Below, in pieces: positions 31,654 through 42,076 of a DNA stretch of 64,000 nt. Below the pieces are notes generated by a model. The model was not told the origin of the DNA. It saw nothing but the letters and a program-made list of their open reading frames with translations, and ran no database searches. The number at the start of each line of letters is the position of its first letter. The first letter of the stretch is position 1. The DNA is taken from assembly GCA_958295725.1 (NCBI GenBank), contig OY282368.1, positions 2,946,365-3,010,364 on the forward strand, read 5' to 3'. Made by a program: the position numbers and the translations under genes. Source of the DNA: an uncultured Alphaproteobacteria bacterium (GTDB lineage Bacteria; Pseudomonadota; Alphaproteobacteria; UBA2966).

Positions 31654-32277
31654 TCACTTCGAGACGTTCCGCAGGTCGCGCCCGTCGGCGATGCGCGTCT
31701 TGCCGGTGAGCGCGTTGGAGGCCAGTTGAGGCCAGAACGTCCGGCCGTGCGGACCCTCGAACCCGATGGAGCCCGAAAGGTACTCGACGCAGAGGTCGAC
31801 GATCCCGCCGTCCTCCTGATGCCAGGCGACCCGCTCGACCATGCGCTTGCGGTAGGCGCGCGTGTCCCGCTCCTGGACATACCGTCCCCAGAAGAAGGCG
31901 CCGGCGCCGATGGCGAGGCAGATTAGGGCACCCTGCCAGAGGACCGGGCCGAACAGAGACGCCAGCGCCGCGCCGACGACGGCCGTCACCGCGCCGGTGC
32001 CGAGCAGAATGACGCCGGCGCCCCGGTACATGTGGAAGTTCGACAGGCTCGGATACCTCACCGAATGGAAGAACGGATCGGCGATCAGAAGGACATCCCC
32101 GTCCGCGACCGCGTCGCGAATGCCGTCCCAGTTCTTCCATATGTCCTCGGCCGCCTTCATGGCGGGACCCGGGAGTTCCCTGTTGAACGTCTCGTTCACG
32201 CGGACGCGGATGTATTCGAACGCCGGCTTGACGAACGGCTCTTCGTCCTCGTCGTCGAAGGACCGGGGTTCGCTCAT
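31654..32277 (-). CDS. hypothetical membrane protein (2 TM)
   Basis: 207 aa from MSEPRSFDDE; two hydrophobic segments; host-like codon usage; ATGA overlap with the CoA transferase stop. Confidence 0.7.
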   Translation of the reverse strand: MSEPRSFDDEDEEPFVKPAFEYIRVRVNETFNRELPGPAMKAAEDIWKNWDGIRDAVADGDVLLIADPFFHSVRYPSLSNFHMYRGAGVILLGTGAVTAVVGAALASLFGPVLWQGALICLAIGAGAFFWGRYVQERDTRAYRKRMVERVAWHQEDGGIVDLCVEYLSGSIGFEGPHGRTFWPQLASNALTGKTRIADGRDLRNVSK

Positions 32278-33455
32278 ACGACGCCCTCGGTCTTCAGGCG
32301 CTCGACGTCCGCCGGCGTGTAGCCGAGCTCGGACAGCACTTCCGCCGTGTGCTCGCCGTGGCCGGGCGCGTGCCGCCCGACCGTGAACGTGTCGTCGCTG
32401 AACTTGATGGGAAAGGCGACCTGCCTGATGGGGCCGTCGGTGGGGTGCTCGGTATCGATGAACATCTTCCGATGCTCGAACTGGGGGTTCTCCATCGCCT
32501 CGGCGATCGTCAGAACCGGCGCGAGGCAGCAGTCGTGCTCCTCGCCGACGGCGATCCAGTACGACCGGGTTCTGGACCGGAACAGTTCCGCGACCTCCTC
32601 CCGCGCCGCTTGCGCCGCGGCGCCGGACACGATGTGCCTGTCCTTCAGGTCCGGACGGGCGACGGCGTCGCAGAACGCATACCAGAACTTCTCCTCCAGT
32701 GCGCCCAGCGATACGTAACGACCGTCGGCGGTCTCGTAGATATTGTAGCACGGGAGCTCGCCGGAGATGAATCCCTCGCCGCGTCCCAGTGGGCGCCGAT
32801 GGGCCAGCATGTTGGTGAACGCGATGACCGCGTGCGCCAGGGTGCAATCGGTCATGGATATGTCGACGTAGCGCCCCTCGCCGTTCGAGCGGGCATCGAC
32901 GAGCGCGCCCAGGATGCCGATGGCGGCGGACGCGCCCCCGCCCAGAACGTCCGCGATCTGGAAGTTCGGGACCACGGGCGGGCCGTCCGCAGCGCCGATC
33001 TGGTCCGTCACGCCCGCGTAGGAGCAGTAATTGACGTCGTGGCCAGCCCGCGAGCGGTATGGCCCGTCCTGCCCATAGCCCGATATGGCACAGTATACGA
33101 TCCGCGGGTTGATCTCGCGGACGGCCTCGTAGCCGATGCCCAGCCGGTCGACGACGCCCGGCCGGAACCCTTCGACGACGACGTCGGCGTCGCGCGCCAG
33201 CGCCAGGAAGATGTCGCGGCCGGCCTCCGATCGCAGGTTGAGCGCGACCGACCGCTTGTGACGGTTGACGCACAGGAAATACGGGGAGTGGACCGCCTGG
33301 AGAGGCTCCTGCCAGCGGGCGTAGTCGCCCGCGTCCGTGTCCTCGATCTTGATCACGTCGGCGCCCATGTCGCCGAGATGCAGTGTGCAGATCGGACCGG
33401 GAAGCAGGCGGGTCAGGTCGAGGACCCGGACGCCGTGAAGCGGCTTCTCGCGCAT
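32274..33455 (-). CDS. CaiB/BaiF family III CoA transferase
   Basis: VLDLTRLLPGP, GADVIKIE, EGFRPGV..RLG, SGYGQDGPY, GHDVNY, QIAD. Confidence 0.92.
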   Translation of the reverse strand: MREKPLHGVRVLDLTRLLPGPICTLHLGDMGADVIKIEDTDAGDYARWQEPLQAVHSPYFLCVNRHKRSVALNLRSEAGRDIFLALARDADVVVEGFRPGVVDRLGIGYEAVREINPRIVYCAISGYGQDGPYRSRAGHDVNYCSYAGVTDQIGAADGPPVVPNFQIADVLGGGASAAIGILGALVDARSNGEGRYVDISMTDCTLAHAVIAFTNMLAHRRPLGRGEGFISGELPCYNIYETADGRYVSLGALEEKFWYAFCDAVARPDLKDRHIVSGAAAQAAREEVAELFRSRTRSYWIAVGEEHDCCLAPVLTIAEAMENPQFEHRKMFIDTEHPTDGPIRQVAFPIKFSDDTFTVGRHAPGHGEHTAEVLSELGYTPADVERLKTEGVV

Positions 33456-33475
33456 GGGCGTCCGATCCCGGAGCT

Positions 33476-35266
33476 TCAGAACCGCTCCGCCGCGAGCGCC
33501 ATCATGGCGTCCTTGCCCGACACGATCCGCGACAGCAGCGACGACGTGTCGGGAAGCATCCGCGCGAAGAAGAAATCGGCGGTCGCGAGCTTCGCCTCGT
33601 AGAAAGCGCGCTCGTCCGTCCCCCGTGCCAGCGCCTCCCGCGCCGTTCGCGCCATCCGCGCCCACAGATACCCCACCACGACCAGGGCGAACAGGCGGAG
33701 GTAGTCGCGAGCCGCGCCCGCCGCCTGTTCGGGGTCCCGCGCGCCCCTCTCCCCGATCCACGCCGTCGCCGATTGCAGCCGTCCGAAAGACTTGCCCAGA
33801 AGGCCCGCCATATCCTTCAGGTCCTCGTCCCCGGCGGCTTCGGCGACGAACCGATCGATCGGATGGAACACCTGCCGCAGCGCGCGGCCATAATGGGCCG
33901 GGATCTTGCGGCCCACGAGGTCGAGAGCCTGGACGCCGTTCGTGCCTTCGTAGATCTGCGTGATCCTGGCGTCCCGCGCGAACTGCTCCACCCCGGTCTC
34001 GCGGATGTAGCCGACGCCGCCGTGAACCTGAAGACCGAGATTGGTCGCCTCGAAGCCCATGTCCGTCAGCCAGGCCTTGACGACGGGGGTGACGAGCGCG
34101 ACCAGGTCCTCGGCGTCGCGGCGCACCCGCTCGTCGGGGTCGTGGTGCGCCACGTCCAGGGCGAAGGCCGTCCACAACGCCAGGGCGCGGCCGCCCTCGG
34201 TGAACGCCCGCATGGTCATCAACATGCGCCGCACATCGGGATGAACGATGATCGGGTCGGGGGGCGCGTCCGGCGGCCCGCCGCCCGACGGCGCGCGGCC
34301 CTGACGCCGCTCCCTCGCGTACGCGGCCGCGTTCTGGTAAGCGACCTCTCCCAGCGCCAGCCCCTGGACGCCGACGCCGAGGCGAGCCCGGTTCATCATC
34401 GTGAACATGGCGCGCAGGCCGCGGTTCTCCTCGCCCAGCAGATAGCCCGTGGCGCCGTCGTAGTTCATGGTGCACGTCGCCGAGGCCTTGATGCCCATCT
34501 TCCGTTCGATGGAGCCGCAGGCAACGGCGTTGCGCTCTCCGGGCCCACCGTCGGGTCCGATCAGAAACTTGGGAACGATGAACAGACTGATGCCGCGGGT
34601 TCCCGCCGGCGCGCCGGCGATGCGCGCGAGAACCAGATGGATGATATTCTCCGTCAGATCGTGCTCACCGGCGGAGATGAACCCCTTCGTGCCGGTGATG
34701 CGGTACGTCCCGTCTTCCCGCGGCTCGGCCCGCGTCCGCAGCAGCCCCAGGTCGGTGCCGCAATGCGGCTCGGTCAGGTTCATGGTGCCGCTCCATTCAC
34801 CGGCGAGCATCCTGGGCAGGTAAGTCCGGCGCTGCGCGTCGTCGCCGTGGGCGTCGATGGCGAGCGTCGCGCCCGCGGTCAATCCCGCGTAGGTCTCGAA
34901 GGAGAGGTTGGCCGAGGCCATCATCTCGGCCACGCACGTCGCGACGACCTGCGGCAGCCCGGCGCCGCCGTACTCCGGATTGCCGTCGAGGCCGATCCAG
35001 CCCGCCTCGCGACAGATCCGCCAAGCATCCCCGAACCCGCGCGGCGTCGTGACGATGCCGTCCTCGAAGCGGCATCCCTCCTCGTCGCCGCCGCGGTTCA
35101 GCGGAAAGAGGACTTCCTCCGCCATCCGGCCGCCTTCCTCCAGAACCGCATCGATGGTTTCCCGCGCCGTGTCGGCGAACGTCGGAACGTTCCGGTATCG
35201 CTCGACCCGCAACAGCTCGTGCAGCACGAAGCGATGGTCGCGCAAGGGCGCGCGGTAGGCGGTCAC
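33476..35266 (-). CDS. acyl-CoA dehydrogenase
   Basis: GTMNLTEPHCGTDLG, KMGIKASAT, QVHGGVGY, IYEGTNGVQALDL. Confidence 0.94.
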   Translation of the reverse strand: MTAYRAPLRDHRFVLHELLRVERYRNVPTFADTARETIDAVLEEGGRMAEEVLFPLNRGGDEEGCRFEDGIVTTPRGFGDAWRICREAGWIGLDGNPEYGGAGLPQVVATCVAEMMASANLSFETYAGLTAGATLAIDAHGDDAQRRTYLPRMLAGEWSGTMNLTEPHCGTDLGLLRTRAEPREDGTYRITGTKGFISAGEHDLTENIIHLVLARIAGAPAGTRGISLFIVPKFLIGPDGGPGERNAVACGSIERKMGIKASATCTMNYDGATGYLLGEENRGLRAMFTMMNRARLGVGVQGLALGEVAYQNAAAYARERRQGRAPSGGGPPDAPPDPIIVHPDVRRMLMTMRAFTEGGRALALWTAFALDVAHHDPDERVRRDAEDLVALVTPVVKAWLTDMGFEATNLGLQVHGGVGYIRETGVEQFARDARITQIYEGTNGVQALDLVGRKIPAHYGRALRQVFHPIDRFVAEAAGDEDLKDMAGLLGKSFGRLQSATAWIGERGARDPEQAAGAARDYLRLFALVVVGYLWARMARTAREALARGTDERAFYEAKLATADFFFARMLPDTSSLLSRIVSGKDAMMALAAERF

Positions 35267-35276
35267 GACGGGCCTC

Positions 35277-37616
35277 CTAATTCCTCAAGGGCCTGCCCGT
35301 GTCCAGCGTATGCTCGATCCGGTCCCACGTCTCCGGCCGGCGGATCAGCGCCATGAACGCCGCGCGCTCCAGCCCGAGCAGCCGTTGTTCGTCGAGACTC
35401 CGCGTCGCATCGGTCTCGCCGCCGGTGACGACGTCCGCCAGGGCGCCGGCGACCACGCGGTCGTGCGCCGTCGCATCACCCCGGCGCACCATGCCGTCCA
35501 CGGCGAATTTCAAGGTCGCCCGTCCGCTCGGGCCGGGAAGGCCGATCTCGTGTGGCGCGGGCGGTTTGTAGCCCTCGACCAGGGACAGGGCCCTGGCCTT
35601 GGCGTCCGCCAGCACCCGGCGCCGGTTCATGGTGACACCGTCGTTCGGCCCCAGGTAGAGAAGGTCCCGGGCCTCCCGGGCCGACCGGGACACCTTGGCC
35701 ATGCCGATGGTCTCGAAGGTGTCGACGACCGGTGGCATGGGGCCGCCGGGACGATCCTTCCGCGCGAACGCGCGGGCGAGCAGTTCCTTGGTCCCGCCCC
35801 AGCCGGGGACGAGTCCCACGCCGGCCTCGACGAGACCGAGATAGGTCTCGGCATGGGCCTGCACGGCGTCGCAGTGCATGAGGATTTCGCATCCGCCGCC
35901 GAGCGCCCTGCCCGCCGGCGCTCCGACGACGGGGAACGGCGCGTACTTGAGCGCCAGGAACGCCCGCTGCCCTTCCTCCAGCATTCGTTCGATCGGCGTC
36001 CACATCGCGGCGTTGACGGCGAACAGGGCGACGCCCAGGTTGGCACCCACCGAGAAATCGTCGCCGTCGTGGCCGACGATCAACGCCCTGTATCCGCGTT
36101 CGTGTATGGCGGCGGCCTCCCGCGTCATGGCGATGACGCCGTCGTCGAAGGCGTTCATCCCGGCATGGAACTCGAGGCAGGCGACGCCATCGCCCACGTC
36201 CCAGAGGCTGGCGGACCCGTTCCCCGCGACCGGCTCGCGGCCGCGCTTCATGTCGGCGAGACGCCATGCGTCGGGCGGCGTGTCGAGGGCGGCGTACCCG
36301 CCCGTCGACGAGAGCTGCCGGACCTCGCGTCCCGCCTCCCGGTAGAGCGGCCGCCCGGCCGCTGTCTCCAGCAACGGAGGGACTTCGCGCCCGTCGGCCT
36401 TCAGCCGCTCGACGAACCAGCCGCAACCGAGCCGGTCGATCATCTCCAGGGGACCGGACTTCCACCCGTAGCCGGCCGTCATCGCTCGGTCGATGTCGGC
36501 GATCCCCTCGGTCACGTCCGGCACCAGCGAGGCGGCATAGGCAAGCACCCTGGACAGTACGCGCCAGGCGTACCGGCCGCCCTTGTCCGGATGCTCCACG
36601 AGCGCCCGCGGCCCGCCGTCCCTGGCGGCCGCGACGCTGTCGAGACGCGGTTTCGACACCGGACGGTATGCGCCCGTTTCGAGGTCCCGGGCCTGGAGCT
36701 CGCGCGCATCCCCGTCGCGCGACATACGGTAGAACCCGCCCTCGCCCTTCCGGCCGACGCAGCCCTCCGCGATCATGCCGGCGAGCAAGGCGGCCAGCGG
36801 CCCGTCCACGTCGAACTCGCGGCGGAAAGCGTCGTCCGGGGGAAGCATCTCCAGCATGGTCGCGTTGACCTTGGGCGCGAGGTCGATGCCCGTCAGGTCC
36901 ATGAGCCCGAAGATCCCGGTCTTCGGAATGCCCATCGGCGGCCCGACCACGGCGTCCGCCTCCTCGACGGTCAGCCCCAGGGCGAGCGCCTCGCTCATCG
37001 CCACGAAGGACCAGTAGACGCCGATGCGGTTGCCGATGAATCCCGGCGTGTCCTTGGCGCGCACGACCTCCTTGCCGAGGCGGACGTCGCAGAACTCGCG
37101 GATCGAGTCGCTCGCCTCGGGACGCATGTCCGGCCCCGGCACGAATTCCAGCAGACGCATGTACCGCGGCGGGTTGAAGAAGTGCGTGATCGCGAAGTCG
37201 GAGGCGAAACGCCCGGGCATTCCCTCGACCAGGCGGGCGAGCGGAATGGTCGACGTGTTCGACGTGACGATCGACCCCGCCTTGCGGACGGAATCGACGG
37301 CCCGGTAGACGTCCTGCTTGACGCCGGGATCCTCGACCACGGCCTCGCAGATCCAGTCCGCGTCGTCCAGCAGCCCGATGTCGTCCTCGAGGTTCCCCGG
37401 CGCCACCAGTCCGGCCGCGCTCCGGTGCATGAACGGCGCCGGCGTCGCCTTCAACATCGCCGAGACGGCGGCGCCCGCCAGCTCGTTCCGGTTGTCCGTC
37501 CCTTCGGGAACGATGTCCAGCAGCAGCACCGGCGCGCCGGCGTTGGCGATATGCGCGGCGATGGCGCTCCCCATCCGCCCGGCGCCGATCACGGCCGCCT
37601 TCGCGATGCCGGGCAT
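35277..37616 (-). CDS. 3-hydroxyacyl-CoA dehydrogenase / enoyl-CoA hydratase (FadN-type domain order)
   Basis: N-terminal GAGRMG, SNTSTIP, HFFNPPRYMRLLE; C-terminal crotonase ALGGGCE, GLVEAGVG; TGRPLRN end. Confidence 0.92.
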   Translation of the reverse strand: MPGIAKAAVIGAGRMGSAIAAHIANAGAPVLLLDIVPEGTDNRNELAGAAVSAMLKATPAPFMHRSAAGLVAPGNLEDDIGLLDDADWICEAVVEDPGVKQDVYRAVDSVRKAGSIVTSNTSTIPLARLVEGMPGRFASDFAITHFFNPPRYMRLLEFVPGPDMRPEASDSIREFCDVRLGKEVVRAKDTPGFIGNRIGVYWSFVAMSEALALGLTVEEADAVVGPPMGIPKTGIFGLMDLTGIDLAPKVNATMLEMLPPDDAFRREFDVDGPLAALLAGMIAEGCVGRKGEGGFYRMSRDGDARELQARDLETGAYRPVSKPRLDSVAAARDGGPRALVEHPDKGGRYAWRVLSRVLAYAASLVPDVTEGIADIDRAMTAGYGWKSGPLEMIDRLGCGWFVERLKADGREVPPLLETAAGRPLYREAGREVRQLSSTGGYAALDTPPDAWRLADMKRGREPVAGNGSASLWDVGDGVACLEFHAGMNAFDDGVIAMTREAAAIHERGYRALIVGHDGDDFSVGANLGVALFAVNAAMWTPIERMLEEGQRAFLALKYAPFPVVGAPAGRALGGGCEILMHCDAVQAHAETYLGLVEAGVGLVPGWGGTKELLARAFARKDRPGGPMPPVVDTFETIGMAKVSRSAREARDLLYLGPNDGVTMNRRRVLADAKARALSLVEGYKPPAPHEIGLPGPSGRATLKFAVDGMVRRGDATAHDRVVAGALADVVTGGETDATRSLDEQRLLGLERAAFMALIRRPETWDRIEHTLDTGRPLRN

Positions 37617-38753
<1,137 letters not shown>

Positions 38754-38895
38754 CTGTCATCGTCCTCCTGCTGCGGGGATACTCAGAGTCTCGATAGCCA
38801 ACAAGTACCATGCGCGCCCACCGTCAGCGACCCCCTCCCCAATGGATCCAGAAGAAGTCGCGCCAAGATTCCCCTGGCACGAGTCAGTCGTCGGA

Positions 38896-40293
38896 TTACC
38901 GTGCGAACAGGCACAAGCGTCTGGTGTCCGACAAGGGACATTGGCCGCGGAGGTCGAAATGGCGGCTCATCTCGGCCATGAAAGTCTCCCAGCAATACGA
39001 ATCGAATATATCCATGCGGTTGCGCAGCAACCGCTGTACCATAGGGTCCGATTTCTCAACCCATTCGACGACGCCGCCCTTTCCCAACCTCGCCAGTACG
39101 TCGGCAAAGTACGATATCGGTACGTTGCCGCCGATACATAGATGGTGAATCACGGCCAACGCCAAGAAGGTGTCCGATTTGACACGTTCGAAAAGGTCCT
39201 TCCGTTCTGTCAAGGCCCAGCCCAGCGGCGGAGTCGGGTTGAGAAGATCCGCTACCAACGGGACGACTGAGAGGTTATCAGTGTCGCGGATCTTACGGTA
39301 GACGGCGTCGATACAGGCGGGGTCACCGTCAAGAGCGATCACGTGATCAATCCACTCGGCCGCGAGAAAACTGTAGGTGCCCGTGTTACAGCCAATATCG
39401 AGCAGCTTTTTTCCGCCAAGCTTCATGATTCCGTCCTGGACGAATGTCCGCTTCCACCGCTCCGCCTCCTTCGAATAGGAATGTTCCTCGCCGTAGCGCA
39501 GCCACTCGGATTCTTGCCGACCATATCGAAGCGAGCGGACCGTATCCTGAAGGTTTCGTATATTGCGCTCAAGAAGCCTCCGAGAATATCCGATGCGGCC
39601 AAACGATTCGCGAATCTCGTTGTCTTGCCTAGCGAAGGCTCGCTCAAGATGCGACTGTAGGACGACATGCTTGAATGCACCCTTTCGTCGATAGCCCCAA
39701 ATCCCAAGCAATCAGTTGAAATCCGTCACGTTAATTCCTGTCGGGGATCCTCTCAACCACGTCTGAAAATCCAGCTTCTTGTACGCCGTCAACATCAGCG
39801 GAAACAGGAACTCCCGACAGAACTGCGCGTACCCCTCCCACGGTTGACCCTCGTGGTAGTCGTCGATCGAGAGCGTATCGAAGAAGACAAGCCGATTCTC
39901 GTGGTAGGCGACATTGTAGGGCGTCGCATCTTTCAGAATGAGGCTCCGCTCCAGACAGGCTTGCAACAGATCCAATGTGACCAAGGCGGCATCCCGAAGC
40001 ATATCGAACGACCATTCGTAAGCGTAGGTCAGAACCTCGATACGCTCATGTTCCATGACCTCGGCACCAACCTCGCCGGGGACAGGCCCGGCCTCGCCGA
40101 CGGGAACGAGCCGGCACGGGAGCAGCAGACCACTGTCTATCAGCGCCCGCAGATGGCCGGCTTCTGTCAGTCGCTGCATCCGGGCGAGCGCTGGAGCGGA
40201 AAGCGTTCGAAACACTCGACCGTCGACATAGAACACCCGCCCTTCGGGGTCCTTGAACGAGCCTGGGTCGTAGTCGAGCATGGATGACTGCAT
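38896..40293 (-). pseudogene. NoeA-like protein (N-terminal kinase-like fold plus class I SAM methyltransferase), interrupted by an in-frame TGA at 39712-39714
   Basis: ORFs 39712-40293 and 38896-39711 are in the same frame (DFN*LLG); motifs SFKDPEG, YAYEWSFDMLRDAA, LKDATPYNV, FFDTLS, then LDIGCNTG, ADLLNPTP..GW, LAVIHHL, DPMVQRLL. Confidence 0.8.
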
Positions 40294-40312
40294 CGCACTT
40301 CCGGCCAGTACG

Positions 40313-40555
40313 TCAGCACTTTCGATTCGATGAGGGCGGCTTTCGATTCGATGAGGGCGACATGCGGGCGTAGAGTCTTCTCGCTGTCTCCCGGATGCGG
40401 TGCCAATACAGCTTCAGAACGACCATCAGGCCCGCTGCGCCGCCCAGAAGCAGTTGCAGGAGCATTCCGCCCGTGCCCGGGTCGAGATAGGACAGTGCCG
40501 GCGACGGACAGGCGAAGACTACCGCTGCTGGCATGAAGAGAAAAAATCGGCTCAT
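40313..40555 (-). CDS. small membrane protein with YLDPGTG motif
   Basis: 80 aa: signal-like N-terminus ...PSPALS, YLDPGTGG, TM helix, basic tail; ATG overlaps the upstream TGA. Confidence 0.8.
   Translation of the reverse strand: MSRFFLFMPAAVVFACPSPALSYLDPGTGGMLLQLLLGGAAGLMVVLKLYWHRIRETARRLYARMSPSSNRKPPSSNRKC
40319..40359. repeat. tandem direct repeat (20 bp unit, period 21)
   Basis: CTTTCGATTCGATGAGGGCG occurs twice, giving PSSNRK twice at the C-terminus of the small protein. Confidence 0.85.
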
Positions 40556-42076
40556 GGCATTTCCAATGCTTTTTGCTGGTAGTAGCCCACCAGAATTGCC
40601 CGGTCGGGCAGCAGGTTCTCTGCCCCGCCCTCAAGGCAGGAGAAAACGAGTCGAAACGTGTTCACTGGTGAAAAGGACGGGTAGAGCATCGAGTGACATG
40701 AGGACGGAAATCGAACTGCGTTGAGAATCCCATAACGCTCAAGGAACTGGGCCTTGCTCCATTCCGATAGTGGTTTTCCGTAATCGACCGTAAAGGCGCT
40801 CCCGTGATCTCCTTGAAAGATGACAATCGCACTAGGATCCACGGAAAGAATATTATCGATCACGGCGACAAGCTGTTTGTTGACGCATTTCAGGTTGTCA
40901 AGATACAGAGGTTTCTCAATGTCGTTTCCTTGCCGATCGGCCCTCAGAGACATGCCCGAAGCGGTCAAGAAGCGCGGGGAACAATCAGCGTGATAACGAT
41001 AAGGTGGGTGAGGCGCCATGATATGCGAGAACAGAAAGAACGGCTGCGACATCGTCTTAGGCAGCATATTCAGGACATCGGTTACACCGACCACGTGATG
41101 GCGAAACACTTGGCCGATATAGCCCCGCTGCTCCAGTCCGTTGGCGATTGCCAACACAGGGGTTTGGGCCAGCAGATGAATCTCGGTTTCGGTTAAGTCC
41201 GCAAGACCACGTGCATCAAGGCAATAGTCCTCGGCGCCACCACAAGTCGACCCATGTCGGCCGCTGGAATGTGCATGGGCATATGCGTAGCCCAAGTCGC
41301 GAAACCATCGCACGACAGGGTTGTGACCACGAGTCAGATGAGTGAAAAAACGATCCTGCAAGACCGTATCTCCCGGCTCGACGATATAGTCCATGGCGAG
41401 TGTGGCCGGGACCGACAGCTCCGTTATGCCATAGTTGGCGAGACTTTCCCCGGCGATGAAGAATCCACGCTCCTGGAGTTGGCGGAGGAACGGCGTATTG
41501 TCGAAGTCGAGAACCCTCTGCAACTGATCGTGCCGGCCGTACATGTCCAGAATGAAGTAATACACGTTGGGCCTGTCCGGGGTGGAGACGTGCCCCCCCC
41601 CTTGACGCGACCGCAGGCTCGGGTGCTAGGCGCCCATAATGCCAGATGGCGAGCTGAACCGCCGGGATTGCGTTCATGACGACAGCAGCGATCACCAGAA
41701 CCGGCAAGGCCGCCGTGTGGCGCGACAACCGCCAAGCCAGAAAGAGAACCACAACGGCCACGCAGAACCAAGTGATGAGTGGATATCTGGGGGCCGATAC
41801 TCCCGATCCCAACCAAGCAGCCTCGATCGAGCCGTAGGCGAACAGCATCACCATTCCGACCGAGGCAGTGCTTACGATTTGATCGAACTTCCGATATCGA
41901 AACGCAGCCCCGATGATGAGAACGAGACACGAGACCGCAGTGACAAAAACCCCCGCGTCGGCCACTAATCGGACCGGATCGAAGGGTTCGAGCCGATTAT
42001 GATTGGCGAAATGAACGAACGGCCACCCGGAAAGCAGTACCAGCGGGACGAGCGAGCCAAGCTTGGCTATTGTCAT
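40552..42076 (-). pseudogene. membrane-anchored alkaline-phosphatase-superfamily (sulfatase-like / LtaS-EptA-like) enzyme, frameshifted at a G9 tract
   Basis: N-terminal ~5 TM part and catalytic part (RPNVYYFILDMYGR, ANYGITELS, APHPPY, QGDHG) lie in different frames that join if G9 at 41593-41601 becomes G8. Confidence 0.8.
41593..41601 (-). repeat. G9 homopolymer at the frameshift site
   Basis: Plus-strand C9; minus strand reads TCA A GGGGGGGGG CAC GTC. Confidence 0.9.

Noticed and set aside
39712-39714. TGA as a selenocysteine codon or sign of an alternative genetic code
   Set aside because: Not in a redox motif, no convincing SECIS hairpin seen downstream, and TGA is used as a normal stop throughout the window
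40319-40359. Possible mini CRISPR array
   Set aside because: Only two units separated by 1 nt, in frame within a CDS, with no spacers and no cas genes
40552-41565. Calling the islet enzyme a true sulfatase
   Set aside because: Lacks the C/SxPxR formylglycine motif that the genuine sulfatase at 52762-54294 has
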